A stretch of 64,000 nucleotides of DNA from Candidatus Altimarinota bacterium (GTDB taxonomy: Bacteria; Patescibacteriota; Gracilibacteria; 1-14-2-50-48-13): positions 512,001-576,000 of the forward strand of contig JBKBWQ010000001.1 of assembly GCA_046314355.1 (NCBI GenBank), given 5' to 3'. A program made the position numbers and the translations under genes. This document shows, piece after piece, positions 60,941-64,000 of this stretch. The notes beneath the pieces were generated by a model. That model did not search any database. It saw only the letters and a program-made list of their open reading frames with translations, and was not told where the DNA came from. How positions within the stretch are numbered: position 1 is the first letter of the stretch; each line of letters starts with the position of its first letter.

Positions 60941-61043
60941 TTGGGGGGAGAGAAGCGTCTGATTACTTATAAAAAGCAATATTATTCCGAGACGCTTTTC
61001 TCTCCCCCCAAGACTTTTGGTTACTTTTGGTCACAAAAGTAAC
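60941..61043. repeat. Two-hairpin intergenic element
   Basis: TTGGGGGGAGAGAAGCGTCT..AGACGCTTTTCTCTCCCCCCAA, then GTTACTTTTG-GTCA-CAAAAGTAAC. Confidence 0.7.
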
Positions 61044-61068
61044 AAAGCTTTTGATTCTTTCAAAAGAA

Positions 61069-62250
61069 TTACAACGCCGCTATCCCCGGCAGCGTCCCCT
61101 TCTCTACATACTCTATCATCGCTCCCCCAGCAGTAGAAACATGTGTAAATTCACTAAAATCAATACCTAGTTTCTTCAGTGCATCTACCGTATCACCCCC
61201 GCCAATAAGTGTCTGAGCATCTTTCCTTTTGGCGATAGCCTCAGCTATAAGCTTTGTAGCACCAGCAAATTTCTTTATCTCAAAATACCCAACAGGACCG
61301 TTCCAGATAATAGTCTTTGACTGATTAATTACATTTATAAACTGCTCAACTGTTTCCTTACCAATATCCAGGATCTTCATATTTCCTTCTATGCTATCTA
61401 CTTTCAAGTCAGCACAGAAAGCATTCTCATGTGCTTCATCACATACTATAGCATCTACGGGTATGAGTATTTTCTCTTTCTCTTTTTCAATAGCTAGCAT
61501 AGTCTCTTGTGCAAGTTCTACTTTATCTTTCTCAGATTTTGATAAACCAATATCATAACCACTTGCTTCAAGAAAGGTATTTGCAAGAGCTCCTCCTATA
61601 AGAAAATTATCACATTTCCCAATAAATCTCTTAATAAGTCCTGCCTTTGTATCAATCTTTGCTCCACCTAAGATCAGAGTCATGGGAGTTTTATTCTTAT
61701 CTATCACACTTTTTATTGCCTTTATTTCCTTTGCAAAAAGAAGCCCTATACAGGTTTCATTTACTAATTTTGGTATACCTACAATAGAAGCATGTGCACG
61801 ATGAGAGGCAGAGAAAGCTTCGTTTACATAGACATCAGCAAATTCTGCAAAAAACTTTGCGAAATCAGGATCGTTTTTTTCCTCCCCAGGAAAGAATCTT
61901 AGATTTTCAAAAAGTACAATTTGTCCTTCAGTTTTAGCATTTTCAATAGCAGCTTCTAATAGCTCAGGATCAGTATCTTCTACATACAGTACCTCTTTTT
62001 CCAATGACTTTTCAAGATAGTCCGCAATCGCATCAAGAGCATCCTCCTTCGTTCTCTTTCCTCCAGGTCGACCAAAATGTGTAATAATGACCGGAGTTCC
62101 TCCATGTTCAATAATATAGTTTATGGTTGGCAGACTCAAATCAATACGCGTACTATCAGCTACTTTTCCTTTTGACGTTAAAGACACATTAAAGTCCACA
62201 CGGATCAGTGCAACTTTATCCTTAAAATTAATTTGAGAGAGAGAGTTCAT
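61069..62250 (-). CDS. pgk: Phosphoglycerate kinase
   Basis: RVDFNV, HFGRP, ENLRF, HRAHAS, GGAK, WNGP.G.FE, GGGDT, HVSTAGGA. Confidence 0.97.
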   Translation of the reverse strand: MNSLSQINFKDKVALIRVDFNVSLTSKGKVADSTRIDLSLPTINYIIEHGGTPVIITHFGRPGGKRTKEDALDAIADYLEKSLEKEVLYVEDTDPELLEAAIENAKTEGQIVLFENLRFFPGEEKNDPDFAKFFAEFADVYVNEAFSASHRAHASIVGIPKLVNETCIGLLFAKEIKAIKSVIDKNKTPMTLILGGAKIDTKAGLIKRFIGKCDNFLIGGALANTFLEASGYDIGLSKSEKDKVELAQETMLAIEKEKEKILIPVDAIVCDEAHENAFCADLKVDSIEGNMKILDIGKETVEQFINVINQSKTIIWNGPVGYFEIKKFAGATKLIAEAIAKRKDAQTLIGGGDTVDALKKLGIDFSEFTHVSTAGGAMIEYVEKGTLPGIAAL

Positions 62251-62320
62251 GAAATTTTTGGCAGAAATAAACAGAAAAAGTATAACATAGCGTCTTTATA
62301 TAATCCAAGCATCTTTAAGA

Positions 62321-62352
62321 AAAGCCCTGATCCGCAGTCGCGGACAGGGTTT
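62321..62352 (-). terminator. Terminator of the 62359 orphan
   Basis: AAACCCTGTCCGC-GACT-GCGGATCAGGGCTTT on the minus strand. Confidence 0.7.
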
Positions 62353-62358
62353 AACGGT

Positions 62359-62904
62359 TTATTGTAAATGCTGGTATATAGTAATTGTGTTTTTGTTCTT
62401 TTCAAAAATAAAACCTCCTTCGTCTTTAGGCAAGCTGTGATCTAAAAGTTCCCAGTAGTCTCTGATAACTGTAAGTGCGTATGCAATGATAATAATCATA
62501 GGTGCATAGACAATTGTTATGCTTTCGTTTCTACAGGTACTCAGATACTCATTTAAAGTATCTTTCACAACTCTACCGACTCGTTTGCATTGTAATACAT
62601 CTTTTTTAGAAAACTTCTCTGGAAACTCTGTGAATGTTTTCACTTCTGAAAGCAGTTCAATCATTCTACCACTTCCCACATTATCGTCTTCGATAAGTTT
62701 GGGAGATAGTTTTCTTTTATGAAAATAAAAGAATAATTGATCATCCACTTTCTCCGCAAATGAACTAGGATATAAAATAATTTGGACATCTTCAGGATGA
62801 AGATGTTTACTTTCATGATTTTTCCTATTCCAAAGAGCATCTAAGATCTTTTCAGAATCCTCACTACTTGTCTGTGGGCAAAAAAATACAAGAATCTTCG
62901 ACAT
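62359..62904 (-). CDS. Orphan hypothetical protein with strong SD
   Basis: AAGGAGG-ACAAA-ATG sets the start at 62904 (MSKILVFF); 181 aa. Confidence 0.7.
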   Translation of the reverse strand: MSKILVFFCPQTSSEDSEKILDALWNRKNHESKHLHPEDVQIILYPSSFAEKVDDQLFFYFHKRKLSPKLIEDDNVGSGRMIELLSEVKTFTEFPEKFSKKDVLQCKRVGRVVKDTLNEYLSTCRNESITIVYAPMIIIIAYALTVIRDYWELLDHSLPKDEGGFIFEKNKNTITIYQHLQ

Positions 62905-63060
62905 TTTGTCCTCCTTTCTAACAAAAATTGTGTTTTGGTCAGCCGTGCCCACTCATCTAGTATTTTTGTATGACATTGAAAATTCAAACGCACAGAAATA
63001 TCCTCTGTGATTTTTGTGTAATCCAGCATTGTCAACGAACAAACCTGTAAGGAATTGTAG

Positions 63061-63105
63061 CTGTACCAGAGTCTACAGTCAAAAGATTCGCAGACTCTGG
63101 TACAG
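63061..63105. other. 14-bp stem hairpin after the ABC gene
   Basis: CTGTACCAGAGTCT-N17-AGACTCTGGTACAG. Confidence 0.6.
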
Positions 63106-63114
63106 GAGCTATAT

Positions 63115-64000
63115 TTATATGATCTTCAGATCTTTTAACACAAGATGTACCTCTTCTTCTGAGACATCACCCATCTGGGCAGCAAGAAGATCTTTCATCT
63201 GAATAGTTACAAGTCTCTTATATTGAATACAGTTTTTCATCAACTCTTTATGAGTTCCTTCTCCGGCAATTTTACCTTTATCCAGTACTACAATTTTGTC
63301 GGCATGAATAATTGTAGACAATCTGTGAGCAATAATGATTGTAGTTCTCCCCTTTGAGACATCTTTAATCGCTTTTTGGATTAACTTTTCATTCTCAGAA
63401 TCAAGAGAGCTCGTAGCTTCATCAAAAATAAGTATGGTTGGATCTTTCAGAAGAGCACGAGCAATTCCCACTCTTTGTTTTTCTCCTCCTGAGAGCCTGA
63501 TACCATTCTCACCTATTTGACTCTCAAGACCATTTGGAAGTCGTTCTAAAAATTTATCAATACATGCCATTTTAATTATCTTCTCTAGTTCTTTTTCACT
63601 TACTTCTTTAGAATTAGAAACCCCATACAATAGATTTTCTTTTAGACTGCCATCAAATAGCCTAACATCCTGAGGCACTATACCGATGTGTTTTCTAAGA
63701 AATGTTAAGGGTAAATCTCTAATATCAATATTATCAAAGGCGATATGGCCTCCCGTAACGTCATAATATCTTTGAAGAAGTTTCATCAAAGTGCTTTTGC
63801 CACTACCAGAATGTCCTACTAGTGCAGTCGTTTTACCTGCAGGAATCTCAAGATCAAAATCTGTAAAAAGCGGAAGTGAGATATCTACCTTAGTCGCTGT
63901 AGCATTTTCATCCTTCATCTTTTCTAATGCCTCTTTATAAAAAAAATTCATCTTTGAAAAAACAATATGTCCTTGAATCTTATCAGGTACACTTGTTAAA
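63115..64000 (-). CDS. ABC exporter (MsbA-like) C-terminal ATPase domain, truncated by the window end
   Basis: GHSGSGKST, LSGGEKQR, ILIFDEATSSLD, IAHRLST; frame open to the window end. Confidence 0.93.
   Translation of the reverse strand, partial: LTSVPDKIQGHIVFSKMNFFYKEALEKMKDENATATKVDISLPLFTDFDLEIPAGKTTALVGHSGSGKSTLMKLLQRYYDVTGGHIAFDNIDIRDLPLTFLRKHIGIVPQDVRLFDGSLKENLLYGVSNSKEVSEKELEKIIKMACIDKFLERLPNGLESQIGENGIRLSGGEKQRVGIARALLKDPTILIFDEATSSLDSENEKLIQKAIKDVSKGRTTIIIAHRLSTIIHADKIVVLDKGKIAGEGTHKELMKNCIQYKRLVTIQMKDLLAAQMGDVSEEEVHLVLKDLKII

Overview
Low-GC bacterial chromosome segment, genetic code 11 (TGA acts as a stop). Gene content points, by inference, to a Patescibacteria/CPR organism of the Gracilibacteria-Peregrinibacteria type: GT-C and GT2 glycosyltransferases, a class A PBP, VanW x2, LCP, FtsQ, ComEC, lamin-tail, SLH and FN3 surface proteins, TrmB and many orphans. 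Housekeeping genes are mutL, htrA, asnS, aspS, groES/groEL with a CIRCE, lemA, miaB, gatC/gatA, rlmH and pgk. RNA genes are tRNA-Leu(GAG), tRNA-Val(GAC), tRNA-Glu(TTC) and a probable compact 6S RNA. No CRISPR, prophage or transposase is visible. Main leads: (1) core genes have no Shine-Dalgarno sequence, but a dispersed set of solitary genes, mostly orphans with their own promoter and terminator, have strong AGGAGG-type SDs; (2) two large orphan proteins around the 6S RNA share an unrecognised domain; (3) the class A PBP has a RodZ-C-like module inserted in its transglycosylase domain; (4) several families of dispersed intergenic palindromic and periodic repeats; (5) an arr gene with Phe at the conserved Tyr site, next to tRNA-Val and a 36-bp perfect palindrome. 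All calls come from reading the sequence by eye; no database searches were run.
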